64,000 nucleotides of DNA from Schmidtea polychroa (GCA_044892525.1 CM097885.1:14944001-15008000), one strand, 5' to 3'; positions 1 through 12,238 are shown, counted from the stretch's first letter. Notes: generated from the sequence alone by a model not told the origin. Program-made: numbers and translations.

Positions 1-155
1 CTATCTACTCCTAGTGTATCCGACAAAATATTTTGTCCCCCTATGGGTAATGCTCACAAGGGTACTGGTCACGCTCAACAAATCAACAAATCAACAAAAC
101 ATACATTTATTTAAACAATAAAATAATGTAAAATTAACAAAGGTAAACTAAATAT
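1..155. repeat. Inner portion of left terminal inverted repeat
   Basis: Reverse complement of 17360-17514 with 2 mismatches seen; includes the 16-bp palindrome GACAAAATATTTTGTC. Confidence 0.95.
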
Positions 156-783
156 ATATAGTATGATATTCATTAATCAGTGTTGAACAGGCTTGACACT
201 TGCGAACATTCTTCTCATGACACTTAGAACAAACAATTACGTGACCACACGGTAAATACAAAACCGAAACTCGATTTTCTTTACAAATTGAACAAGTTAA
301 ATATCTTTTCTTAACATCTTTCAATTTTTTCGTTAGCTTATTTTCAATCAAATCGGCTTTCGCTATCCATTCATAAATCAATCTACTATATCCAGGTTTC
401 AACCTTAAAAACATACAACTCCAAAAGTATTCATTCAGTGAATCGTTGTTTACTGCTATTTTTTCTAAGTACATTAAATAACAAGATAACTTTAAAATGG
501 ATTTCTCATAATTAAATAAATCAAACAAATATTCAATAGAGGAATGTTTGAAAATTTTTAAAATATTTATGAGTTGCTTATCACTGTAAGTATCATGATT
601 ATTTATAAAATCTTCAAGTGTATTGTTAAAAAATGTCAATGAAATTTCAGAATAGGCTGGACTTAATTTTTCCTTATTTCTAGTAGGACTTCCTTGCTAT
701 AAATGACATATAAAAAAAAATTGCCAAAATAATAAAGTTACCAAATGTGTTACACATTCATCGGTTTTATTTGTATAAATCAT
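148..783 (-). CDS. C-terminal RING-HC (IAP/MDM2-type) E3 ligase-like protein, about 196 aa, 2 exons (742-783, 148-696)
   Basis: CSICKENRVSVLYLPCGHVIVCSKC...CQAC at the extreme C-terminus. A 45-bp GT-AG intron (697-741) joins ATG 783 in frame. No BIR domain recognisable. Confidence 0.8.
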
Positions 784-923
784 TATTAAAAACTAAATTA
801 CTTTTGTTTTTTTTTACATTTATAAAAATTGTGATAACCAATCAAAATAGAGCTTTCAAAATGTAACCATCAAATGTATAACAATAATAAGCATGACTAG
901 TACCCTTTGCAACCTGTTTTAAG

Positions 924-1136
<213 letters not shown>

Positions 1137-1141
1137 TTCAT

Positions 1142-1303
1142 TGATATAGCTGCATGCTCACTGCAGACTATATATAAAAATACTGATATAGCTGCATGCT
1201 CACTGCAGACTATATATAAAAATACTGATATAGCTGCATGCTCACTGCAGACTATATATAAAAAAACTGTTATAGCTGCATGCTCACTGCAGACTATATA
1301 AAA
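1142..1303. repeat. 4 x 42-bp tandem repeat with dyad core TAGCTGCATGCTCACTGCAGACTA
   Basis: Units start at 1142, 1184, 1226 and 1268. Confidence 0.95.
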
Positions 1304-1528
1304 ATCACCATTAAATATAAAAAATTATAATAAAACACCAAATACTTAAAAAATTAAAAAAAAATCTGATTAAAAATTTTATTGAATATGTATATATAAA
1401 TACAAGTTTTATACAATATACAGGTTTTTGTACAAGTTTTTAAATAAAAGTTTCTATACAATTTTTTTTATAAATCATGAAATCACTATACAAGTTTTTA
1501 TAAATCAAAAATATAAAGTTTTTTCTAT

Positions 1529-4500
1529 TTAAATTTGATCTTCGTCCCATTCGCTGTCGTCAAAACTGGGACTTGGAGCTGCACTGAATTCCTCATCATA
1601 TTCGCTTAATTCGTCAACTCCTAAATAGTGCCCAAATGCGTAACTTAAGTTCTTCCCTAGCCACGCGCGCTTATCATCATTATTACTTAGGGCAATTTTC
1701 GAATTTTTAAAAGTAAAAAGTTGGTGATTTCTAGTACCTATTCTAGTCTGCGGTACAGAAATCACCTGATTTGAATGAAAGCAATTTAGATATGATTCGT
1801 GATTTATTGATGTCCCTGGTAATTTAACCCCTTTCGCTTTTACTGTTTCCTTACTACCTAAAAGACTATAACATTTAGGGCGTAAGAAAACCCATTCGGA
1901 ATAACCTAATCCCTTGCTCTCATCTTTAAACTTCCCGATGACAGAGTCAAGGTTCCTATTATATAAGGGGTGTGTTGGATCGTAATTTGACGTATCCAAT
2001 AAATTATCAGAGATCATCTGAGGTAATAGAGTTGTTAATTTTAAATTTTTAATTTCCAAAAAGAAACTGTCGGTATCACCGGCAATAATATTAATTATAC
2101 ATTTATATTGGCGTCTGTACTTCTCCAAATCAATATATTGGAGCTGGTACATCCGCAGTTTAGACAGATCTAGTACTGTTTGACCAATGTAGCTAGGTCT
2201 GTCTAAACAAATCACATCTTTTTCTAAATGTGCCGCAATCAGATCGTTATCGATTCTTATGGACTTTCTGAAAGTCGGCTTTGAGGAGTATACTATCATC
2301 TTTTCGGATGAATTACACAACCTCAAATTCATTCTTTTTTTCAAATTTTCAACCGATTTACCGTAAAGAGAGTTATTATACAATTTAAACAAGTCCCTAT
2401 ATATCTCGCTAGTAGACTGAGATCGTAAAGTGGTGTTGGTGTCTATGTAGGATTTAAAGATAGGTCCTTGTTTAAACTTTATACACCTATGAATATTTAC
2501 AACAACCGCACCTAATTCTATATACAATTTGAGAAGCCTCCAATGAAGAACATAGTTCCTCTTTGGCCAATGCGTAAGCATAAGCTTCTCAACTTTTGAA
2601 TTAGGTGGGCACAACTTTTCCGGCGCAAGCGGAAAATCATTCAAAAAGTCATGCACACATTCCGGAATATCGATATCGACCTCCATAGTATACCCATATG
2701 GAAGGTTATCAATATCCGTGTTCATACATTCAAGTAAAACATCATTCAAGTTATTATTCACCCAAGAAAAATCACCATACGGAAGATTTTGGCTAAGAGC
2801 CCAACCATACAGATTATTTATATCAATGTACAATAATTCTGTATCATCTGAAGTAGCCGTGTAATGTTTGTTAACAAATGTTAACCCACCCCGGATACCT
2901 CCCTCATAGAAATTATACATTTCCATGTCCTGCAGAAGTTCTATTGGTTCCGTTAATGTCATAAGCGCTGAGGCCCATGACATACCGGGAATCCCGTAGA
3001 AATTAAGAGGATCCAGACCTTTGTAAGCAATTGCCTTACCGCGGAATTGCTGAAAATAATCTGCGAGGAGGTATACGTCCAATTTTAGGTAGATTAACAT
3101 ATAATCTAACAAATTATTACAGTTATGCTGACTCCAAATTAGTTGAGCCTCAGCGTACTGATCTTCCGTAACATCAGACCAAATAGGAGGTAATTCTAAA
3201 GTCGATTCAAGAACATCTAAAGAAGTAGCGAAATTATATGGAAAGATACCTTTAGAGTGAATCATCGACCCTTGAAAGACAGACGAAGTTAACGGAAAAG
3301 TAGTTAAGGTTTTCACAGCTTTTGCTAAAGAACAATTAACAAATTGCATGCTGTCAATAAAACGAACAGGCAATTTGTTAATATATGCAATTAAAGATAT
3401 AAATTTTTCTGTAGAGGTAGGTATAATATTAAGTTCCCAAAGGGGAAAATCACTGAGACCATGTTTTAAAATATGGTGGAGGTCATAGCCTCGTAAATTA
3501 TGAAAGACAACAGGTAACAATTTATTAATCCTGCGAGAAACATTGCATTTCCTACATGCCGCTCCGACATATCTACCTGTAAAATGACAATGATCTCTCA
3601 CAGGATTAATAATAGATTTTTTACACAAATAACAAATAGTGGAAGATCGAAAGGCACGCTCCTGAGCAAAAGACAAAGTAGACATACCTTTACGACCTTT
3701 AAGATCATAATATGGCAGGACAATTGTGACAGCAATTTCCTCCACTTTCCTCAAAAAATCCAAAATACAATTAGGTCCAAAAAAATAATAATAAAATTTT
3801 GTGTTTGTATAATTATTAATTAATAAAAGACCTGCTGATATGGGTAAATGTATTTGATGATATGTTTCATGTTCTGGTAAAACCGATTCAAAATCGGCAT
3901 AAATTACGAAGGGAGGTGTAACTGTTTTTGCGTAATCTGTGAATAATAAATCCTTATTTTTAGGAAGTGTATACAAGGTTGTGCCAGTCTGATTTTTACA
4001 GCATAGAGCAACATGCTGATCGAAAGCATTCTTATATCTAAAGCCATTTAAACAATGTGGGCACCAGTTACACCTTATTTGAACGTTAACATTTTCATTT
4101 AAATGGCAATTCATTAATTTGTCCAAGTCTGTCACGGCCGTATAATGATATTTATCTTTATTACTCAAAAGTAATAAATAAATTGGCCTACCATCTATAA
4201 CCTTGGAGCGATGTATGATATTAAGATGAGGGTGGTGAGCTACATAATCCTGAGAAATATCACTATCAGTACTGGCTGGATTATACGAAAGAACGTTTAT
4301 GCTTAAATTTAAATCACGATTTTTCCTTTCAAATTTAGGAATGTTACATAGCCTCATCGGGCAATCGGTGTCTTCGTCATAATTTAATAGAGGTAAAAAT
4401 TCTATATATTTGGCGGCTCTTTGGTGATTACGACCTATTTCTTCTCTTTTTAAAAGTGCAAGAATGCTATATAAGAAACACTTATGGTCGTTGTTTTTAA

Positions 4501-5645
4501 CGTTAATTATTGCATGTTTTAATTTTAAAGCCGATGGGGTTTTTATATAGCTATGTCCGGATAATCTACTAACGGGTGCGTATTTCGTTAAAATAAAATC
4601 TATCTCTAAAATATTCACTACTCGCCACCCGCTTCCTAAATAGGTGAATTGCTCAATCTTTTCATTTAATTTGCTCACCCCCTCGTTTATAAAATTTGCT
4701 GAAAAAACTTGCGCATTGTTTGAAAAATAATTATCCCGGATCTCCCCATCTTTTTCAAATTTAATTAAAATTGTAAATTGGATTTTTACATTGCCCATCT
4801 TTTCTATTTCCTCTATTAATCTTTCTTCAATTTTTGATGTTAGGGCTATTTTAACCAGGTTTTCATTTCTTATATTAAATTTTAAAGTTTTACGTGATCC
4901 ATTCAAATCGGATTCAACAACTGGTTCAAACAAAGAGCCGCCTATTTGAAATATGTTGAAAGACGTTGAAGCTACACATTCATCATTGATGACTATCACT
5001 TCTTGTTGTGTAATGGGTGCTTGTTGTGTAATGGGTGCTTGTTGTGTAATGGGTGCGTTGCTGATGACTATCACTTCAGGTCGCGATAATTTATTAGGAA
5101 TGTAACTTTTAATTAAACCAGCAGGTCTTTTAATAGAATCTTTTTTAATATTTATAATATCTTTTTTAATAATATTTATAGTATCTTTTTTAATAATAAT
5201 AGCATCTTTTTTAATAGAATCTGTTTTTTCTTTTATAATATTTTTTTTAATATTTTTTAAATCTTTTTTAATATCTTTTTTTAAATCTTTTTTAATAATA
5301 TTTTTTGGTAAATTTTTTGATAAATTTTTTTGTAATTTTTTATTTATTTTTTTAAATAAAACATTTTTTGATATCGAAAATTGCCCTAAGTGACTATGAT
5401 GTTTATTAAAAAATTCCCTATATTTTATTTTTTCGCTCGTTACGCATTTGGGGCATATAAAAAAGTTGAGCGAATTAAACGTCTTTTTGTAGTACTTTTT
5501 CATTGTGCGATGACATTTATCGCTATGTCCATTTGCAGCTTGACAATAATTTGGGTATAGTCTACCTGTTAAATAATAAAATTAAAGTTTTTTCTTTTTT
5601 TTCTAATTGTTATTAATTGTTACATCTATAAGGATTTATCATCAT
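1529..5645 (-). CDS. polB: Protein-primed family B DNA polymerase (pPolB); probable 22-nt first exon 5624-5645
   Basis: Exo motifs YADFES and FHNLRGYD; KGIFPY, YIDINNLYG, KLYNNSLYGK, GDTDS, LRPKCY. OTU-like DHKCFLYS...HY segment, C2H2 finger and EndoVII-like CYLC..RDHCH..C..CN. The frame is open to an acceptor at 5566, and intron 5566-5623 gives the N-terminus MMINPYRCRLYPNYC. Confidence 0.96.
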
Positions 5646-5788
5646 TTGTTATTTAATTCAAATGAACTATATAACAAATGATGATAAATCTTTATAGAAA
5701 ATAGGTTAATAGAGAATATTAGAGAGATTTTAGTATATGGGTCAGATTATTATATGTTAAATATTAGACGAGTAAGATTATTATTATT

Positions 5789-5869
5789 AAAGAGAAGTAG
5801 CTGCATGCTCACTGCAGACTACTATATAGCTACATGCTTACTGTAGACTACATTAGAAGGGTCAGATTA

Positions 5870-5941
<72 letters not shown>

Positions 5942-6020
5942 AGAGAAGTAGCTGCATGCTCACTGCAGACTACTATGTAGCTACATGCTTACTGTAGACT
6001 ACATTAGAAGGGTCAGATTA

Positions 6021-6078
<58 letters not shown>

Positions 6079-6164
6079 TTATAAAAGAGAAGTAGCTGCA
6101 TGTTCACTGCAGACTACTATATAGCTACATGCTTACTGTAGACTATAGTAGAAGGGTCAGATTA

Positions 6165-6236
<72 letters not shown>

Positions 6237-6315
6237 AGAGAAGTAGCTGCATGCTCACTGCAGACTACTATGTAGCTACATGCTTACTGTAGACTACATT
6301 AGAAGGGTCAGATTA

Positions 6316-6378
<63 letters not shown>

Positions 6379-6379
6379 G

Positions 6380-6456
<77 letters not shown>
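5789..6456. repeat. 4 x ~80-bp conserved units separated by variable (ATT)n spacers
   Basis: Units AAAGAGAAGTAGCTGCATGC...GGGTCAGATTAT start near 5789, 5940, 6085 and 6235. Confidence 0.93.
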
Positions 6457-6457
<1 letters not shown>

Positions 6458-6559
6458 TTAACTATTGTAGATGCACATTGCAAACTACAAGGATTTTATA
6501 ACTATAATTTTGTAATAACTTTTTAAATATTTTCATAATAATTTCAAAAACATAGTATT

Positions 6560-7030
6560 TACTTCATAAATCATTTTCTTCATAATTTTCGTCATAAGTT
6601 TCATCATAATTTTAGTCATAAAGTATTTTCATCATAAATTTTCGTCATTATTTCATCATAATTTTGGTCATAAATCATAAAGCATTTTCATTATAATTTT
6701 GGTCATAAATCATAAAGCATTTTCATTATAATTTTGGTCATAAAGCATTTTCATCATAATTTTGGTCATAAATCATAAAGCATTTTCATCATAATTTTGG
6801 TCATAAATCATAATAAATCATTTTCATCATAATAATTCATTTTCATCATAATTTTGGTCATAAAGCATTTTCATCATAAATTTTGGTCATAAATCATTTT
6901 CATCATAATTTTGGTCATAAAGCATTTTCATCATAAATTTTCTTCATAATCATTTTCTTCATAAATCATTTTTTCATCATAATTTTTTGGCATATTTTCA
7001 TCATAAAATCATTTTCTTCAACAGTTTCAT
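6560..7030. repeat. Degenerate minisatellite (CATTTTCATCATAATTTTGGTCATAAAG-like units)
   Basis: Irregular tandem units; no sustained reading frame. Confidence 0.85.
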
Positions 7031-7122
7031 TATAATTTTTATCCAAATATTTAAAATATTTTTTATCAAAATGTTTTTTTTATGAAAATATTTAAAAAGT
7101 TGTTACGAAATTTTAATAAATT

Positions 7123-8000
7123 TTAATATAAAAAATATAAAAATAAATGAATCTTACATTTCGATTCCATATCGGAATCAGAGTCCTCCTCATTAGAAGC
7201 GATGTCATTCATTTCGTCCATATTAGAATCAGAGTCCTCCTCATTAGAAGCGATGTCATTCATTTCGTCCATATTAGAACTATTATCGGAATCATCATCT
7301 TCAGCAATTTCATAATCTTCGGCATCAATGTCAACATTGAAAACATTTGAATTTGAATTTGAACATTTGAAAACATTTGAAACATTTTCTAAAATGAAAA
7401 ATTAATTTAATAAAGTGAAAAATAATAAAATTTACTTTTTTCTTCGAAAACCTTGTTTTGCCCAACATTCTTAACTGGGGCATCAATAAATATCAAATCC
7501 TCATCGGCATTAATTTCTTCGTCTTCGCTAATAGTAATAATACTAGGTTCTAAATGCAAAAATTAATTTAATAAAATTTAAAATTATAAATTTACCGATG
7601 ATATTTTCCGTATTTAAAATCGATTCGGCATTAATTTCTTCATCGTCGTCGCTAATAGTAATAATACTAGGTTCTAAATGCAAAAATTAATTTAATAAAA
7701 ATTAAAATTATAAATTTACCGATGATATTTTCCGTATTTAAAATCGATTCGGCATTAATTTCTTCATCGCCGTCGCTAATAGTAATAATACTAGGTTCTA
7801 AATGCAAAAATTAATTTAATAAAAATTAAAATTATAAATTTACCAAAGATATTTTCTACATTTAAAAGCGAATCGTTTTCGGTAACCTCATACCAGTCGA
7901 ATGGTTCTAAATAAAATAGAATAAAATATAATAAAATAGAAAAAAATAAATTACCATTCGTCAAAAGACCTCTCAATACTCGATTCTTGTTGCTTTCCAT
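7123..8000 (-). CDS. Six-exon acidic protein (about 214 aa) with tandem SUMO-interacting-motif-like repeats
   Basis: Exons 7955-8000, 7844-7906, 7720-7797, 7596-7673, 7436-7549, 7123-7388. Five 46-48 bp GT-AG introns, all phase 1, give an uninterrupted frame with 3x EPSIITIS(D/E)xxEE. The 3' end is uncertain (possible further donor at 7157). Confidence 0.8.
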
Positions 8001-8517
8001 TTTGGTTTTTTTTTCGAATTGATTGTGAAATAGATTTTCAAAATTTTAAAATAATTGTGACAAATTTTAGATTTGTCAATGTTTATAAAGAGAATGAATA
8101 TTTTCCTGTCCCAGCCAATGAGAATATAGACACACACACATATACATTGAATATTTTACTCTCTCAACCAATCACACGCATGCATGTATGTAATGTAAAT
8201 CAGTCAGAATTACATGTGACTGCCTTTGTTAGTCATGCCTTTGTTAACTTGCACTGTGCATGCCTCAGGCAAAGGTAGTCTTTATGTTACAAATAATAAT
8301 ATTTATTAGAATAATAATAAAATTAATTAAAAATAATAATATTTTTCACAATAATAATAATATTAATAATAATATTAATAATAATAATATTAATAATAAT
8401 AATAATAATACTATTAATAATAATATTAATAATAATAATATTAATAATATTAATAATAACACAACAACAAAGGAAAGGATACATTTATTAAACATCAAAT
8501 TTATTAAACATTTTTCT

Positions 8518-8904
8518 TTAAACATCAAATTTTTTGTACAATAACCAAGCTAAACAATGTTGACCGCATGTTTGGGTCAAAGGATTTTGAAACATAGTTT
8601 TATTATACACAATAGGTTTTCCCATTGTTTGTAGTTTTGATATCAACAAAGCTGGGTAATAGAAACCCATAGGATCGAACACGAATATATTACCAGGTTT
8701 CACATATATAGCTATCCAATGTTCTCCACCAAGATGAGACGATTGAGTATTGACGATTATTGCTTGATTATTGCTCAAATATGGAATTTTATCAAGAGGA
8801 AAAACTCCAACAAATTCATTTCCCAATATCTGTTTTCCGATTTTATTGACCTGAACAGAACTATTTAAATAAATCCAGAGTATAAAAAAAACAACTTACT
8901 CCAT
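8518..8904 (-). CDS. Adenain-like (C5) virion maturation cysteine protease, 2 exons
   Basis: IIVNT...GEHW...FDPMG...Q...CGQHC catalytic motifs. A 39-bp intron (8861-8899, donor GTAAGT) supplies the ATG: MDSVQVNKIGKQILGNEFVGVFP. Confidence 0.92.
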
Positions 8905-8931
8905 GATAACTTTTTGTGTTTCTGTATACAT

Positions 8932-10152
8932 TTATACCAACACGGTTCTATTTGCAGTAATTTGAACTTCATTTTCAAATACTCCATATATTATAACATG
9001 TACTGGTTCTGTAATGGCTCTTGCAAACTTTATATCCAGTCGTAAATTCCCGTTTTGTGGTAATTGACTTTGATTTAAATCAAAATCAGGGGCTAAAACA
9101 AATGTAAAAAATGGGTATTTGCTTTTAAAATCTTCTAGTGTTATTCCGCAATTCAAATTTTTATCTAAATAACCCAGATTTCTAACAATACTCTGCATAT
9201 ATGTCGCGCAGTAATTGTCATTCTCGAAATCTTGAATATATGTTTCTCTATAATCAGTATTTTTCGACAAAGTCAATGATGTAACACCAAAGTTTTTGAA
9301 AATTGAGCTGGACGCAGTGTATGATCCATTATATTGTGCTTCACTTTGAAATGTTATCAGAATAAAATTAGGCATTCTTCTGTCACCAAATATTTGTTCT
9401 TTATAGAATGATGAAGCACCTTTAGCAATAGCAAATTGTACAATTTCCTTTGTTTTTAAGGGATAAATTGCATGTTTTGAATTAAGACCCAATTGATGAC
9501 CAGCTAATACAGAGGGGTCTACTCGAACTCTTCTCACCAATAATTTTGCATCAACTAATTGACATATTGGTGTAGTAGTTGCACTAGTAAGAGATAATGC
9601 AGAATCAGACCTTTTCAGTCTAATATGTACATTAACCCCCGGTAGTAAATATTTCGGTTGATCCATAAAATCAAGTTGTAACGATGAGCACATGGTGAAA
9701 ACCTTTGAGCCTTTTACCCACTTTTTTCTTTCATCATCACTGCCATAACCCATAGGAGTAAGACATGTATTTTTAGTATCGGAATTGTAATTTAAAATAG
9801 TTTCTATTAATGCCTTGTGAATGAATGTATTATTTCCGCCCTCAATCTTGATATTATTAAATCCCAACACTGCATCTTTAAAAAGAGTATGAAACAGGAA
9901 ATTGTTCGATATTACATCTGCATTGGCATCCAAAACTTTTCTATCTTTATCTACAACCTTAATCTGAACAGTCAATAAAGTATCATTCAAATCTAAATAT
10001 TCGGTTTGCTAACCATTAATATAAAACTCGATATCATTTCTACTATCGGTAATTGAATTCATAGGAAAAACTTCCTCAAATGCCCCAAATTCTATTACAG
10101 CCTGGGGCGACGGTCTATCAAATATACATAATTCGGATTTACCACAAATCAT
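8932..10152 (-). pseudogene. Polinton major capsid protein (double jelly-roll) with one in-frame stop at 10009-10011
   Basis: ATG 10152 (ATGA overlap with upstream stop) reads MICGKSELCIFDRPSPQAVIE...IEFYING*QTEYLDLNDT. Family motifs LDFMDQPKYLLPGV and GNLRLDIKF follow. Confidence 0.87.
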
Positions 10153-10517
10153 TTTGCAAATATAGTTCCATGTCCTTTCATTCGTTTGTTTATACGTGAT
10201 ATTCCATGTCTTTTACGTTTTGGAGCATGAGCTGGAGCTGGAGCTGGAGCTGGTTTTTGAAACATACCTGCAACCCCGGGTAAAACTTTCCCTAATTCTG
10301 CTAAAGCATTTGTTTTTAGAGATGGTAATATTTTCTGTTCATTCATAATAACATCTTTTGCAGTTTTCATACCAAAACTACCAATACGTTTAAGAATAGG
10401 CAATGCAAATCTACCTATTGTTCTCAACCATCCTGATCCGTACTGTTTACCAATAAAATATGGTAAATCACCACCAGATTGGCCACTATACATACTAATA
10501 ATATCAGAATTAGCCAT
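10149..10517 (-). CDS. Small basic Polinton virion protein (QxGxG plus amphipathic helix; core or membrane-lytic type)
   Basis: QSGG..PYF.GKQYGSGWLRTIGRFALPILK with a basic C-terminus; sits between mCP and MCP with coupled stop/start. Confidence 0.75.
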   Translation of the reverse strand: MANSDIISMYSGQSGGDLPYFIGKQYGSGWLRTIGRFALPILKRIGSFGMKTAKDVIMNEQKILPSLKTNALAELGKVLPGVAGMFQKPAPAPAPAHAPKRKRHGISRINKRMKGHGTIFAK

Positions 10518-11568
10518 TTATTTTACGAAAATGTAATGTCAAATGAGTTTTTGAGCCTTTTGGAAATTCGATTAATTGACCAGAATCATCTCTTATATTT
10601 ATTTCTATATTGTTTATACAAGATGTTGAAACAGGTAAATACATGGGATTTTCTACATTGATTTGTACAACTTCATCTTGATCATGTTTTTCAATCCATA
10701 TAGATTTCATTAAAGGAACACTAGAATCGCCAACAATAACTGGTTCCACGATATTACTGTAAATGAACATTTGCTGATGATGTTTAAGGATTTTCGGTTT
10801 GTTTGTTCCTTCACAAATTTGTTCATTTTGTGTACATACTGGTTTAGTCAATCCTAATGTTTTTGTCAAATTTGAGTCAAATTTAACTTGACTAAGATTA
10901 GAATTTATACTAAATCTAAATACTTTATCTTTTTGAAGCTCAAAAATATCGCTACAATTGTCACCTAAATAAGTTTGTAATTGTTCGAGGTCTGTAATAT
11001 ATAAATTATCTTTAAAAGTATATGCATGCTCTGTTATTTCAATGTATGACAGCTTAAATTTGAATTCCACTAAATTATTAGTTTTCGGAAGTGTAGAGAT
11101 ATTTATTTTGACTGTATCATTAAATACATTACGTAAATCAGTAAATCCAAGACGTTTAGCATCAGCCACTGTAGAAAATATAATTTCGAATGGCTTATTC
11201 AAGCAATTCATGTATAAATATTGACCATCATCATAAATTATAGGTTTCCTTGATTTCGATGAACTCGTCAAGTTATAATTATCTTTATCAATAAGAACAT
11301 TAATATATTCCGTTACTGCTACTTTCTTATTATATTCAATAACGGATTTGCTATAGATTGGGAATAAATTGTATACAAATGTAAAATCCAACAGAGCAAC
11401 TTCCCAGTCATTATCCAAATAGATAGGGTTTTGGAGTTCGATGATGAATTTGCTTGCTTGATTTTCTGGATGAATTAATGGACAACTATTGCTCGGCAAA
11501 ATAGTATAAAAATTCACTTTACTATGTCTTTTGCTGATATCCATGACGGGTTTTGATAACCATGCCAT
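10510..11568 (-). CDS. Minor capsid (penton-like) protein
   Basis: FYTILPSNS...F...L.NPIYL..DWEVAL at the N-terminus and FIYSNIVEPVIVGDS..PL...YLPV...I.I.IRD..G..I.F...T.LTLHFR at the C-terminus. Exact start codon uncertain. Confidence 0.87.
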   Translation of the reverse strand: MAWLSKPVMDISKRHSKVNFYTILPSNSCPLIHPENQASKFIIELQNPIYLDNDWEVALLDFTFVYNLFPIYSKSVIEYNKKVAVTEYINVLIDKDNYNLTSSSKSRKPIIYDDGQYLYMNCLNKPFEIIFSTVADAKRLGFTDLRNVFNDTVKINISTLPKTNNLVEFKFKLSYIEITEHAYTFKDNLYITDLEQLQTYLGDNCSDIFELQKDKVFRFSINSNLSQVKFDSNLTKTLGLTKPVCTQNEQICEGTNKPKILKHHQQMFIYSNIVEPVIVGDSSVPLMKSIWIEKHDQDEVVQINVENPMYLPVSTSCINNIEINIRDDSGQLIEFPKGSKTHLTLHFRKING

Positions 11569-12146
11569 TTGACATAGTATTGTTTATCCTTACCGACCTT
11601 TTTAGTTTTCAATATTTTTTGAATTCTAAATACTTTTGGGGGAGGAATGACTTGTAATTCCTGCTCATAAAATTTCCCCTGTAAAATATTATTATCATTG
11701 TCTTTGATGACATACATTACAGGATTCTGTTTAGTATTTATTTTTGAAATTACAAAGACTTCATCACTCCAATTTGTATCAAAATTTTTAATAAATGGTG
11801 ATGCACTAATTTTACTAATTCTAACATGGTCACCGACTTTATATTTAGGTTTTGCAATTTTTACAGATTTCTTAGAAGTCAATGATGTTTTTGATGTAAT
11901 ATCAACCGGTCTCAATCCATTCAGTCCTCGATGTGATGAATGATTATAACTTGTTATTATTTTCGGTAAAGCATTTACCCATTTTTTATTACCTTGATGC
12001 ACGAACAATTTCTTTAATCGATCTCTCAATGTTCGATTAAATCTTTCAACATGGGCAGCTTTGTATTGAGAATGTACCGAGTAGTGATTTATTTTCAGTT
12101 TATCGAGGATTTGCTTAACTTTACTATTGTAGAATTCTTTACCTAA

Positions 12147-12238
<92 letters not shown>

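Noticed and set aside
5789..6456. CRISPR-like repeat-spacer appearance
   Set aside because: Spacers are microsatellite, repeats are about 80 bp, no cas genes, eukaryotic context.
6560..7030. Possible YDQNYDEN-repeat coding exon
   Set aside because: Unit lengths shift the frame and introduce stops; no acceptor links it to the SIM gene.
9993..10013. Possible 21-nt GT..AG micro-intron removing the MCP stop
   Set aside because: Much shorter than the other introns (39 bp or more) and it would delete part of the conserved YLDL motif.
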